From Lingula anatina (taxonomy: Eukaryota; Animalia; Brachiopoda): a DNA stretch of 64,000 bases. The position numbers and the translations under genes were made by a program. Positions 13,238-24,974 of this stretch are shown here, piece by piece; within the stretch, counting starts at the first letter, position 1, and each line of letters starts with the position of its first letter. The notes under the pieces were generated by a model, which saw only the letters and a list, made by a program, of their open reading frames with translations, ran no database searches and had not been told where the DNA came from. The stretch spans positions 12,958,001 to 13,022,000 of the forward strand of contig CM120649.1 of NCBI GenBank assembly GCA_051362555.1, in the 5' to 3' direction.

Positions 13238-13353
13238 TTTCATGCGTTGACGAGAACGTCTTCTGCCCTTATTGGTGGAGAATGGGGGAATGCACCAAGA
13301 ATCCCAATAACATGCTTGTAAGCTGTCGACGTTCGTGTGAACAGTGCTCGTAA
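13238..13353 (+). pseudogene. Orphaned terminal ShKT exon of astacin copy 2 (reading frame still intact)
   Basis: Homologous to 5147-5262 with an intact tttcag acceptor. Reads [37 protein letters not shown]. It lies downstream of the copy-2 stop codon. Confidence 0.75.
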
Positions 13354-14585
13354 TTGACGAGTTTATCATATCATTATTTTTTTTCATTTCGCTACAGAAA
13401 TTAATTTGATTTCTTATTAATTAGCTTGGTTTGTGACTAATTTTCCCCTCAAAATATCTCAGGTGCGAAAGGCAGATATGTATTTCATTTTTTTCATTTG
13501 GATAATTTTATTCTGTACCAGGTACCTGTACGTTGCTGAAGACATTTCTTAAAAGCCAATGTACAATGCTACCGTAACATTTGAATAAAAGGTGTGCCAA
13601 TACGTCACTCAAAATATATTGTTCATTTTAAAATAGATGCATATTTTTCATTAAACTTTTCATTAGCCTTTGTTACTAGAAAGAAATATTTGCACTTACA
13701 GTAAGGTGATATACAGTTAGGCAACATGATGGGCTGAAATCCAACACCTGCAGTGCAAACCAGATTCTGTAATCACGTCTATTATATAACGATGTTTTTC
13801 AATAAATGGGACAGAGAATTTCCAGTTAGCGACAAATGCAATCTGAGCAATAAAATGTAATTTTCAATCTATAACTGATAGTATTTATTTTATTAAAAGA
13901 GGAGTTTCACTTAAATATAGACGTTTTTAAATTAAAAATAATTCATTAATTAATAATTTAACATTAATTTCTCTCGAGCGGAACCATGGAACCCGTTGAA
14001 CAAGAAACTTCCACACTGATTATAATGTTCAATGATCGGAATTACAAGGGGCAGATGCGTCATTTTTAATGGCATTGTCACTTTGTTGATGATTGACATT
14101 GTCTAGACAGACTAAGATTTCTACGAATATTCCTATTGTTTACTTTGATACTCGGTAAAACCGACAGATTTCTCTTCATCTAAGACCAATACAATCTAAA
14201 TAAATACATGCTCACAAATAAATGGATAAATAAATTAAAGCCAATATAAAAGGTAACTGAAACTTCTGAATAAGAGCTTTGTCAAAACGTGACTCGAAAT
14301 AAAGGGTTCATTATTTTTTTTTAGTAGTTTTAGATATTGTAGATCACAAGAGAAAAATGTGTACATTTATTAAAAAGAAAATATAAGTAAATAGATAAAT
14401 AAACAAGCATATAAATAAATGTAAAGGTAATTTCAAATTCAATATAGGATTTTCCTCTTGTAAGTTATGACTCGATTTTCTTTTTTATTCGATTTGAAAG
14501 ATATGAAAATTATTTAACAGACAAACCTACATTTCTTTTTTCACTCGCAATTTGTCCTCGAAGGTCAATGTAGACCCCATTAAAT

Positions 14586-15339
14586 TGTCACGGGGTTTTA
14601 TTTGTGGGTTTCTTCCCTTTTGTTTGTTGCGTTTATTGTCCTTAGGAATCCGTAACACGGGGGTAATGAGGTAGGAATAGAACAACAAAGTCCTGATATT
14701 TTTCTTTAATACAGGCAAGTGTGTTTTATTACCTCCGCCATGGAGGTTATGTTTAGATTATGGATGAGAGGTACACCTGAGTACGCCTTCTTTTCCTGTG
14801 CTCGGATAATACAGGTATTCTTATGAGACAATAGTGTTCTAGAGGAACAATCTAATGAATAAGTTTATAAGCGTATGAGTGTCCAGGCCAAAGTGCGGGC
14901 CTCGCTTTTATCTTCCTAGAATGCAGATCGAGTTTCCATTGTACACGTCACAATTTTTACGTATACTATGGTCACAGTTTTCCTTTTAAGGGTGGTACAC
15001 TGTATATTCCGAGCAGATTATTTCTATTTATTCTCCGATCTCCCTTATGTTTTGATACATTCTTTTAGCATACTTTCCTCTTTCTATATTCTTAATTCAG
15101 CACTAATTAAGCAACAATCGTTACATGCTACTTGAATGGAATTTCTTTGGTATTCTTCAATGGCCACTAATTACATTCCATAGATCTATACACCAGTCTG
15201 TATCTACATGTAGTTTGAACTATTTTTATATCACCTTAATCAATATGATTGAAGATATCACACTCATGCTTGGAGTATATATTACTTTTCTTAAAACTAA
15301 TTCTTTTAGTCATTATGCATAAATAAAACCATTATGACA
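14586..15339 (+). mobile_element. Solo-LTR-like element (Gypsy-type ends), copy 1
   Basis: TGTCA...AATAAAACCATTATGACA with a 4-bp TSD AAAT on both sides. Homologous along its length to 16934-17718. Confidence 0.75.
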
Positions 15340-15971
15340 AAATCAATAAATACATTAAGAACAAATGCTAGATCAATTTTCTGCCCTTGTATACCTTCAT
15401 TTTGTGAACACAGATCAACGGTTTATAATTTGTTCGATCCAAGTTCCTTGGCGCTGAATCCCTGTAGCTACAGTAATCCTCCACTGAAGTTTCAATGGCA
15501 GTGTTCAACATCTCATGGGGAATTTTCCTGTTCTATTGGTAATTTTGAGAGTATCACTTTCGTGTGGGATTGTTGGCAAAGACATTGTTAGCAAAGACAT
15601 ATTGTCATGTAGTTGTCCTCACAGATATTTTATTTTATTTTGGAATAAAATCCAAAGGGGAAAGGTCTGGAGAATTAGCAGGTCAAGGGTGGCACGTACG
15701 AAGGGAGACGAGCCTGTCTCCAGGGAAGTAACGATAGGTGGGCTATAGGAGTGACGCACATGCGCAATGCGGTGTTGCTCCTACTGATAAATCACAGTAT
15801 CCATGCCAACTTACTAATTTTCTTAGTAATAATGATAATGAAATAGCGATAATGAGATGGATACATCTTTTTGGACCACCCTATGTAGGCCTAACGACCC
15901 TGTTTAAAAGCGTGCGGAGCACGTCCCCAAGTCAATTCAGTACGGTTGAGATCATAACCTAGATTTAGCAG

Positions 15972-15989
15972 TGACGCGGGGAATTCCCC
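15972..15989. promoter_or_regulatory. Duplicate NF-kB/CRE composite in orphan block
   Basis: TGACGC-GGGGAATTCCCC. Another kB-like GGGGAATTTTCC at 15517-15528. Confidence 0.5.
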
Positions 15990-16933
15990 TTTTTTGTGGA
16001 TTCGAGCACTTTCTGGTACAGTGACAATGTAATTGCACAAACAGTGACTTTTAGGTATCTTTTCAACGTGCAAAATTTCCTTAACATTTGAAAAGAAAAA
16101 ATTGATTTCTTTGTATATAGGCCTATGTGAAATTTGAGGCAATATCTTATCGATTAAAGTAGCAGATTGTTCGATATCCGGGTGGGGGAGGGGGATGCAA
16201 AACTAAAAATCCCTTATATTTCGTCATTCATGCGTCAGATTTTGAAAGGAACGGACGGTACTTTTTGCTAACAAAGCTGAACACTAAAATATAGAGGATT
16301 CTCCGAAAACTATCCCATTTATCTGAAACCTGTAACAATGTATCCTGGCTGACTTCACTTTGATGGCTGTGAGCATTCAAAGTAGGATAAGTAACGATTT
16401 ACCACAGCGTTTGTGTGACCTACTTCCTACGTGATGTTTAAATAAGGTAGGTTTTTGAATTGTAGTTGGGGAATATGGCGGTTTGCCTAAACGGCGTTTC
16501 GTCATCGATTTGCAAACGATTGTATGGACCTGTTAAACATTTCATTTACAGCATATTATACTAGTATGGTGTTTATCACTTGCTGGTACAGGAATGGACA
16601 CATTATCTGAATAATTTGGCCATGGTCCAGGCTATCGACCAGAAGGGGCTCCGGTCTCTACCAGTTGCACCCCCATTGTTTGCGTTCCCCGCCCCTTCTA
16701 TTGCACAGAAAGGGGGCGGATGGTGTGGCTACACTATGAGGCCTCGCGACGCCCAGGCCACGGCTACGCGACTGTCAGGGGACTTATTTTACCTTTATGT
16801 AAATGTACCGGTAGACGTGTGCGCTATGCACAAAGAATAAAGCATACATTTAAACATATTTCGATCTCATACAAAGAGTAGGCCTACTTCAGCATAAAAC
16901 CGTGCGCGGTTCCTACTACACCAAAGGAAGTAG

Positions 16934-17718
16934 TGTCTCGGGGGTTTTAATTGTGGATTTTCTCTTCCCTTTTATTTACGACGCGTTACCGTCCTTCGGG
17001 ATCCGTGACACGGGGGTATATTAGGTAGGAAAAGAACAACAAAGTCCAGATCTTTTTTAATCCGGGTAAGCGGGTTTTATTGGATCACGGATGAGAGGTA
17101 CAACTGAGTACGCCTTCTGAATTACACTTTCGTTCCCTATTGATCAGTTCTGCTCAGGTAGTACAGGTACTCCTTGTGTGACAATAGTGCTTCTAAAAGA
17201 ACAATCTAGCGAATAAGTATCTAAGTGCCTAGGTGTCTAAGTGTCCAAGTATAAGCGTAGTGTAAGTATAAATAAGTAAGTGTCCAACCTAAAGTGCGGG
17301 CCTCTAGAATGCAGATCAAGTTTCCCTTTTACACGTCATATTTTGTTATGTATTCTATGGTCACATTTTCCTTTAAAGGGTGGCACTCTGTATATTCCGA
17401 GCAGATCATTTCTATTTATTCTCCGATCTCCCTTATGTTTTGTTACATTCTTTTAGCATACTTTCCTCTTTCTATATTCTTAATTCAGAGCTAATTAAGT
17501 AACAATCACTACATGAAACTGGACTGGAATTTCTTTGGTATCCTTCACCGGTTACTAATTACATTCCATAGATACATCAGTCTGTATCTCGTTTGAACTA
17601 TTTTTATACCACCTAAATCAATATGATTGCAGATATCACACTCATGCTTGGAGTATATACTGCTTTTCTTTAGAACTAATTCTTTAAATCATTACGCATA
17701 AATAAAACCATTATGACA
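16934..17718 (+). mobile_element. Solo-LTR-like element, copy 2
   Basis: TGTCT...AATAAAACCATTATGACA with a 4-bp TSD GTAG on both sides. Confidence 0.75.
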
Positions 17719-17818
17719 GTAGGTTGAAAGTCTTGAGATAAATTCGGCGAGACATTTCAGACCAAAGTGGTTGCTTTTGTTAAGTTTGATATTGTATCAC
17801 GTGTCTTTACATTATTAC

Positions 17819-20800
17819 TCAATCTATGCACGCGCACACAGTGCCCTTGATCGACGCTCTACACACAAGACAACTTCTCTGTCCAGGCGCACACTGCGCG
17901 CAGGAGACCAGGTGACTACATGGTAGAAATACCGTGCCGACCTTCTCGTCCATGCAGATCTTACACATTCTTTGTTCCTTGAGGCGCTGATTTTCCTCAT
18001 TGAGGGATTCGGCTTCTGAAATATGAGATGTACGGAAATCCAGTTTGTACAAGTACATCACCCGAAAATAATGCCGTCACATAAATTACATGTTTATATA
18101 TTTATAATATTAAAATATTAAAATCTTATTTAACAATACTTGGTTTGAAAAAATTAATGACTCCATGAAATGGAAAGTCTAAGTATTTTATATTTAGAAA
18201 TGGAGGCAAAATATTCTCTGGGGCATGTTCCACTTTTTTAAATGATATGATCAGTAAAATCAAACTCGTAAAGAAAAGATAGGTAGTCATAAGGCTTACT
18301 AGGTTCAACAAGCGTCACAAGATTAACTATAAAATCAAAGTGTTAACTGCAATACTTTGGTCAAGTAAGCAGGCATGAAACCATCTGCAAGCATGTCTTA
18401 CAGGGAAAGGTAGAAGGAACACGTAGGGGAGGGAGGCAACAACTAACATGGATGGATGACATCAAAAGATGGACAAGTAAATAAATTAAAAAAAAATGCA
18501 TGTCAACCACATAGTCAAACTGTTAACTAGACATCACAAGACTAACTAGACAGACAAAAGGTTAACGACACAATAAAAGGGTTAACAGACTCTCAAAAGA
18601 GTTTACTGGTCAGCCACAAGGCTAACTAGACAGCCAAAGAGAGCTAGCGGATTTCTCGCCTCAGGAGTTACATAAAATATGCGTGCTTGTTTTAAGACCT
18701 ACCCCAAGTATGCTGTGCACTCTGGATTGAAAATATGAGGTCAGTCGCGATAACCTACATTTATGTCGTGGATTACGTGTCATTTGAAAGTATGTGTTCA
18801 GGAAAACATTAACTGAACCACATATTGATAAAGGTACAAATGTGATGAGCAATTCACACTCAAATATTTTATGTCCTAGACTCAAAAACTGCTACATTTG
18901 CAAAGACTTTTGTCCGACCGAATAATTTAATATATAAACTGCCGTAAATTTGCTTGATCTCCTTTGAGAGGAATTGGAAGATTTTTACATATTTTAATTG
19001 CTGAATTTTTCTTTACGTTTCAGTCGACAATTTTATATTGCTCTTTAGTCATTTTTACACTCTCTTATAATACGTGAATTATCCATCTTTTAGCATCCCG
19101 TATAGTATTTCTGCACCCATCCCCCTAGAACGCTCGCTCAGTAACTAACACCCCATTTCCATAGATTAGATCGACCTACTTTGGATCGACCTAACTCCCT
19201 GGGGGTTCGCGCTGAATAGCTGTCTGCCGGGCGGACACGAAAGTTAATTGCCCCTTACGGCTTGTAGTGGGCGGGGACGGACACTTAAGGGGGATTATCT
19301 GACGGTAGTCTGGTGAGACTCCCCGCGGTGATAGATCGATCTAAAGTTGTGGGAATAGACCCTAAGCCTGAGCTGTGCAGCGTGTTACCGGTTTAAATTG
19401 AGTGGCTTTTAAACAATAGTAAATATCATTTTTATTACATGTATTTCTTAGAAAGCCAAAATGATAACTTCTGGTAAAAAGTCGAAGCATTAACCAAGTA
19501 ATGAACGCGTTACTGATATTTACCTTTTTGACTCGTCATGACTGTCAATCTGTTTGATTGATTTTGAGCGGCTAACTCTGGCGACTGACACAAGAAAAGA
19601 ATATTGTCCGTCAAACATCTCAAAATGTACTAAAAAATAGATGACCCTTTAAAATACAAAGATGATGGAAAGCTTTTTTACTTACGTACAAGGTAAACTA
19701 GTACATGCACTAGGACTACTAGCATACATACATATATATATATATGATTTAAATAGATTTCATCGTGTTTTCTGAAGTAGTTAGCCCTTACCAGGCCGAT
19801 ATCAATTGACCCCTCCCTCTTGCACTGATGGACAAAACCACACCAAGGGAACAAACGTGCATGCTCAGTCCATGGGTCTTCTTCTGGTGTCCAATTTCTC
19901 AATCCCCCGCCACAGAAAAAACATTCCACGTTATCTGAAAATCCTGCACATGCAAAATTTGAATACAGTGACCATATACTAACGTGTGCATATTTGGGCA
20001 TATTTAAGCACCGTGATCAAACCAAAAACATGGATTTAATTTTTTTGGCCATTATAGATTTTCCGTGCCTCTTTTGTGTTATCATAAATATCTTACATTA
20101 TACTCATATTAAGTATTCCTCTTAAGCACTAGCTTACATCTCATCAAACTACATATCTAAAATATTTTCTTGCGCCATATTTGAATAAAATCATGAAGTT
20201 CGTTTGGCATCTACTATCTTCGGCTTGGACAATTACATTTTGATTGCAAAATAAACCAATCAGCCAAAATGTCATGTGACTTATGCTTTTTATCCTATCA
20301 CTGCCTTTCACGCAAACTGAATTTACGATTCGGCAAAGCGCCTACAACGTATGATGTGCACTGCCTTGGCGTTATTTTTCTAATCTGTATTCATGCAGTG
20401 ACATAACTTATCAACCGCTATTCTTGACAAAATGCACACGCTATCATATACCTGCCTGAAAAAAAGTGGTCAAAACTGTCAGACGTGGCAGGTCACTATT
20501 TCATAAGACCCAATAAAGGGAACAAACAAACAAACAAACAAACAAACACCAATCAAAATTAACCCCGAAGAATGCAAGACTATTGCTGTGTATCTTACCG
20601 GTGTAGAAGAAGCCATTCTTAGCCAGCACCCGTGGGTTCTGAGCCCTGTGAGCCGGCCAACTTGCGAACGTTTTTTCTCGAACATTTTCAGATGCAAATC
20701 TTTCGTGCTTTGGTTTCTCTGTTGGGACATCTGGGTTCTCCCCGCAAAATGTAGCTGGTTGAAAAAAAAAAACACTTTGATGACTGATTGAATGATGATT

Positions 20801-22531
20801 ATTAACATAACGTGCTTTGTGAAGAAAAAAAGTTTTGCATTGTCAACATCGTTGTGCAAGCTCACACAGATGATAAAATATAGACTATGTACGGTAAAAC
20901 CAAGAGTACGGTTCTCACCGGTGTCTTCATTACATGTACGGTCTCCACCTGTCCGATAACTCGTGGCAGCAACTGGCGCCCCGCATTGGGCGGGAATTTG
21001 GAGTGCAGTACCAACGCCATTCCCAGCAACAAGTGGACAGACCGTACAATGGTGACGGCTTTCCTGCATGGGCTGATCACCTACATGTTAACAAAATAAT
21101 TAGGAAAATGTGATTCTATAAATTTATCTCTCTCTCTCTCTCTCTCTGACAATGGTATTACTAGTCGGTTACAAATTCTTGAAAGTCGCTTCTTTAAATT
21201 AGTAACAGACTATATTAGAGTCCCTGTGCTATTAGAGGGTATTCGTTATCACGTATATTACCCCTTTCTACATGTACATGTGTATCAAGATTAGGAAACG
21301 GGTCCACATTTGCTTTAGTTGTAAAGTTTCCAGAGGTCATGGTGTCAGTTTCTAAGGTTTCTAAAGAAGGTACAGCTGTAGCAGATCACCTTGTGTGAAT
21401 AAACGAGAATCAATCATGGAATATTTGATGCTAAAGTCGTGAATAAACGAGAATCAGTCATGGAATATTTGATGCTAAAGTCGTGAATAAACGAGAATCA
21501 ATCATGGAATATTTGATGCTAAAGTCGTGAATAAACGAGAATCAGTCATGGAATATTTGATGCTAAAGTCGTGAATAAACGAGAATCAATCATGGAATAG
21601 TTGATGCTAAAGTCGTGAATAAACGAGAATCAATCATGGAATATTTGATGCTAAAGTCGTGAATAAACGAGAATCAATCATGGAATATTTGATGCTAAAG
21701 TCGTGAATAAACGAGAATCAGTCATGGAATATTTGATGCTAAAGTCGTGAATAAACGAGAATCAGTCATGGAATATTTGATGCTAAAGTCGTGAATAAAC
21801 GAGAATCAATCATGGAATATTTGATGCTAAAGTCGTGAATAAACGAGAATCAGTCATGGAATATTTGATGCTAAAGTCGTGAATAAACGAGAATCAGTCA
21901 TGGAATATTTGATGCTAAAGTCGTGAATAAACGAGAATCAGTCATGGAATATTTGATGCTAAAGTCGTGAATAAACGAGAATCAATCATGGAATATTTGA
22001 TGCTAAAGTCGTGAATAAACGAGAATCAGTCATGGAATATTTGATGCTAAAGTCGTGAATAAACGAGAATCAGTCATGGAATATTTGATGCTAAAGTCGT
22101 GAATAAACGAGAATCAGTCATGGAATATTTGATGCTAAAGTCGTGAATAAACGAGAATCAATCATGGAATATTTGATGCTAAAGACAGGAGATAAACATG
22201 GCAGAGAGGCTATTTATGTGATTTAAAGAAGGCGTTTAAATAGACAGCTGAATGGTATAATGTGCAATTAAATTTATAATATTACTTTAAAAACATGCGA
22301 AATGGATATTTGTAAACATGAACAAAAGCTTATCACTGATAAAAAGCACCTCATCCCCTTTGGCGGAGTAAAAGAACCCTGCTTGTGCCAGCCTTGTTGC
22401 AGGAACGGAAGCCCACTCCGGCCAATTCGTGAAACGCATAAATCGTCTTGTTTCCCACCCATGATTCTCACTAGTACGGGGGTCTGATCTGTTAGTCGTC
22501 TGCGTGAAGACGGCACCGCCACCAGCCTGAC
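17819..22531 (-). CDS. Spliced IAP (BIR + C-terminal RING). First BIR is degenerate, so this is either a pseudogene or a short one-BIR/RING protein
   Basis: Exons (-): ~22345-22531 (RFTNWPEWASVPATRLAQAGFFYSAKGDEV, then homology breaks), 20919-21080, 20599-20754 (REKTFASWP..LAKNGFFYT), 19792-19943 (GFSDNVECFFCGGGLRNWTPEEDPWTEHARLFPWC), 19524-19584, 17819-18015 (CKICMD..PCSHLVSCAQC..CLVCR). The last five exons are phase-compatible. An in-frame ATG at 21069 would give ~238 aa. Confidence 0.75.
18347..18480 (+). mobile_element. 3' fragment of an RTE-clade LINE ORF
   Basis: Translates LQYFGQVSRHETICKHVLQGKVEGTRRGGRQQLTWMDDIKRWT, which matches the typical RTE C-terminal pattern (YFGH..R / L.G...G.R.RGR....W.D.I..W). 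Confidence 0.7.
19149..19362 (-). mobile_element. MITE family A in IAP intron
   Basis: Reverse complement of 12-229, flanked by TAA on both sides. Confidence 0.8.
21395..22184. repeat. Minisatellite, ~18 x 44 bp
   Basis: Unit GTGAATAAACGAGAATCA[A/G]TCATGGAATATTTGATGCTAAAGTC, head-to-tail with an exact period of 44. No spacers. Confidence 0.97.
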
Positions 22532-24111
22532 CTGTACATGCATACATGCTTAAAAATCCACGTGCACATACACGAATATTAACAGGTGAATACTTCTAAA
22601 CAGAATGACATACTCACATAAAATTGTGTGCATCTATCCCACAGCCCATGTCATTAATCCCCATGGTTAGCAGCTGGCAGTCTAAGGTTGTGAGGTAATG
22701 ATAAAGCGCCACTGACATATCTTTTATATAGTAGTGCAGCAGGGCTATTCTTTTCAAGTAACCGATCGAGCTTATTCACGCGATATCGACCTACTTCAGG
22801 TACAAGGTCAACACGGACAGCAGGCGGATATTTAAACCAAACATCGATTTGCCTACCTCATATGATAAGTATAGGTTAGGATTAGTAGGTTTTAGGGACA
22901 GTATAGAGAACGTTTCTTTTACATCCGCTTTTCTTCTCTGCTGAGGTTAATCGGCAAATTTTAAAAAGACGCTGGTGATAAATTCATGGCGCTATATACA
23001 AAGTTAAATGGATTTTTTTCGCGATTTAGTTCGAAGTCGTTTTCATTTGATACTACAATTGTCGATACTCTAATTCTTTATATCAATTTTTGAATTTTGA
23101 TATTTGTCATAGGTCTATGTATATGTCCCGAGCTACGTTAAATAGAAATTTTCACCCTTTAGTTTGACGTCACTTCATTTATTTTCTATATCAGTTTTGG
23201 CTTTTGATAGCAGTTTTATAATTAAAATTATACAACAAATAGTCAGTAGCTGAAAAATTAATAAAAAATTAAAAGATAACAGCAAATCATAAATCAATTT
23301 AAACACATATCGCACTTTTATCATAGTCTAACTGCAACTGAGTGCCCTTATCTGATTAATTATTTTCCAAACTTGCTGTTCTTATTTTTGGCGTGTGTCA
23401 GGATAATATTTCAATCTAAGGTCATTTTCCAACAGAAATTGATATGAACAACCTAATCATATACTCATGACAAACATATTTTATATTTTTAGAACATTCT
23501 GTATTTAATATCATAATGCCACGAATCATGCATACGCAGGGCATGCACCATTTAGCGAAACCACCAAATTAACTTCGTATTAATTCCTTCAAGGGAAATT
23601 TTGGGTCAGAATTACATCACAATAATTACATCACAAAGTGAAACAAGCCTGAAACTACATGTTGGAGCTAAGAACTCGTGTGTAATTATTTTAAACGGCT
23701 TTAGTGTGTCAAAGTGCACCCTAGAAACATATCTGTGAATTTATAGTGAAAATACAGTCGAACTGCAGGTTGTATTGTTGTAAGGAGACACTTTACTACA
23801 AAAGCATTGTGAAAAGGATACGGTTATTATAAAGGCGTGCAATGGCTTATAGTCCATCCATTAGTAATATTATTGATTAATATTTTTAGTATTCTTGTTC
23901 ATTAAATGTTATTTGCGTTTCTTCATTTACTAGTATTCTATCTTTTCGAGGAAAAAACAATGCTCTTCCATCATGGATTTACCCGTTATTCTGTCATTTG
24001 TAAGTTCTCAAAATATCATCAGGTTCAAATGCACTTTTCCGGGTCCATTCAGCACGGTTGTGATAAAGCGCCCAGCTTTGGAATGACTGTATTTACCAAT
24101 GACCTGTGGAA

Positions 24112-24129
24112 TGACGTGGGGAATTCCCC
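24112..24129. promoter_or_regulatory. Perfect palindromic NF-kB site preceded by a CRE/ATF half-site, between the divergent IAP genes
   Basis: TGACGT-GGGGAATTCCCC, conserved in the paralogous block at 15972-15989. Confidence 0.6.
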
Positions 24130-24734
24130 TTTTTACATTGTGTATGAATTCGAACACTAACTGTGCAAACAGTGATATAGGCCTATAGTTTTTTTTTCAA
24201 CGTGTAAAATTCCCTTAACAAATTGAAAAGAAAAAAGGAGATTTCTTTGTGAATATTTGAAAACCGTGGCTTTTTACATGTACCTTACTAATTAAAGCAA
24301 CAGATTGTTCTATTTCGGGGTGGGGTGGGGGGTTATACCTAATCCCTCTATTTTGCTGATTCATAAACTTCCCGTTACATTGCGTGCGATTGTGAACTAC
24401 TATTTTTGCTGACTAAAACTGCGATGTACTGAAATACAGAGGTTTCTCCGACAATGAATTTTTCTGAAACTTGAAATATTTTATCTTGGCAGATTTGACC
24501 TTAATGGATGTGAACGTTCAGACTAGCATTAGTTACGATTTACCACAGCGATTGTGTGACCTACTTCTGTCGTGATGTTTTAAGGTAGGTCATTGAATCT
24601 ACTGGTAGTTGGAAAAAATGGCGTTTTACAACCAGGTGCGTATCGACCTGGTATACGTCTAATATATATGTAGTATATCATACTAGTTTGGTGTTTATTA
24701 CTTGCTTGTCCAGGCATGGACACATTTTCTGATT

Positions 24735-24974
24735 TAGGGGGATGGCGGAATTAGGGGGATGTCAGGGGGTTCTTGACCCCTCCTTCTATTTCTGATTAAA
24801 AAATAGCACCAAAAATGTCTAGCTGAATAATAGTTCTAAACCGTACCAAATAGCGTGCCCCGAACCTTATGCCAAGGGGGTGAGTGTCAGCTTAGCAATC
24901 CGAGGCCTGTCAATCCGTAAAAAAACCGCACCCCCCCCCCCCCCCCCGTCTTAAAAATCCTGGATCTGCCCCTG
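24735..24974 (+). mobile_element. MITE family D (ends ..CCTGGATCTGCCCCTG). Second copy at ~60256-60540
   Basis: Interrupts the homology between 16590-16650 and 24710-25005. Shares GTCAGGGGG..TGACCCC, CTAGCTGA..ATAGTT.TAAACC.TACCAAA and the 3' end with 60256-60540. Confidence 0.7.

Noticed and set aside
250-13430. Astacin pair as an uncollapsed haplotype artefact
   Set aside because: The copies differ by many substitutions, several independent TE insertions and a large deletion, which favours true paralogy. Read depth would be needed to exclude it fully.
14586-17718. A single LTR retrotransposon or TRIM, or a segmental duplication
   Set aside because: Each repeat has its own TSD and the outer flanks (AAAT versus GTAG) do not match. 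I saw no gag/pol remnants between them.
20735-20760. Apparently broken splice acceptor (ttttgcgg) in the minus-strand IAP
   Set aside because: A proper polypyrimidine-CAG acceptor 13 nt upstream (exon start 20754) keeps the frame.
21395-22184. CRISPR-like regular array
   Set aside because: Units are contiguous and near-identical with no unique spacers, no cas genes are present, and the context is eukaryotic. It is a minisatellite.
22618-22664. Candidate ATG-containing first exon of the minus-strand IAP (MGINDMGCGIDAHNF, GTGAGT donor)
   Set aside because: It ends in phase 2 while the next exon needs phase 1. It cannot be supported without transcripts, although it may be a further lesion.
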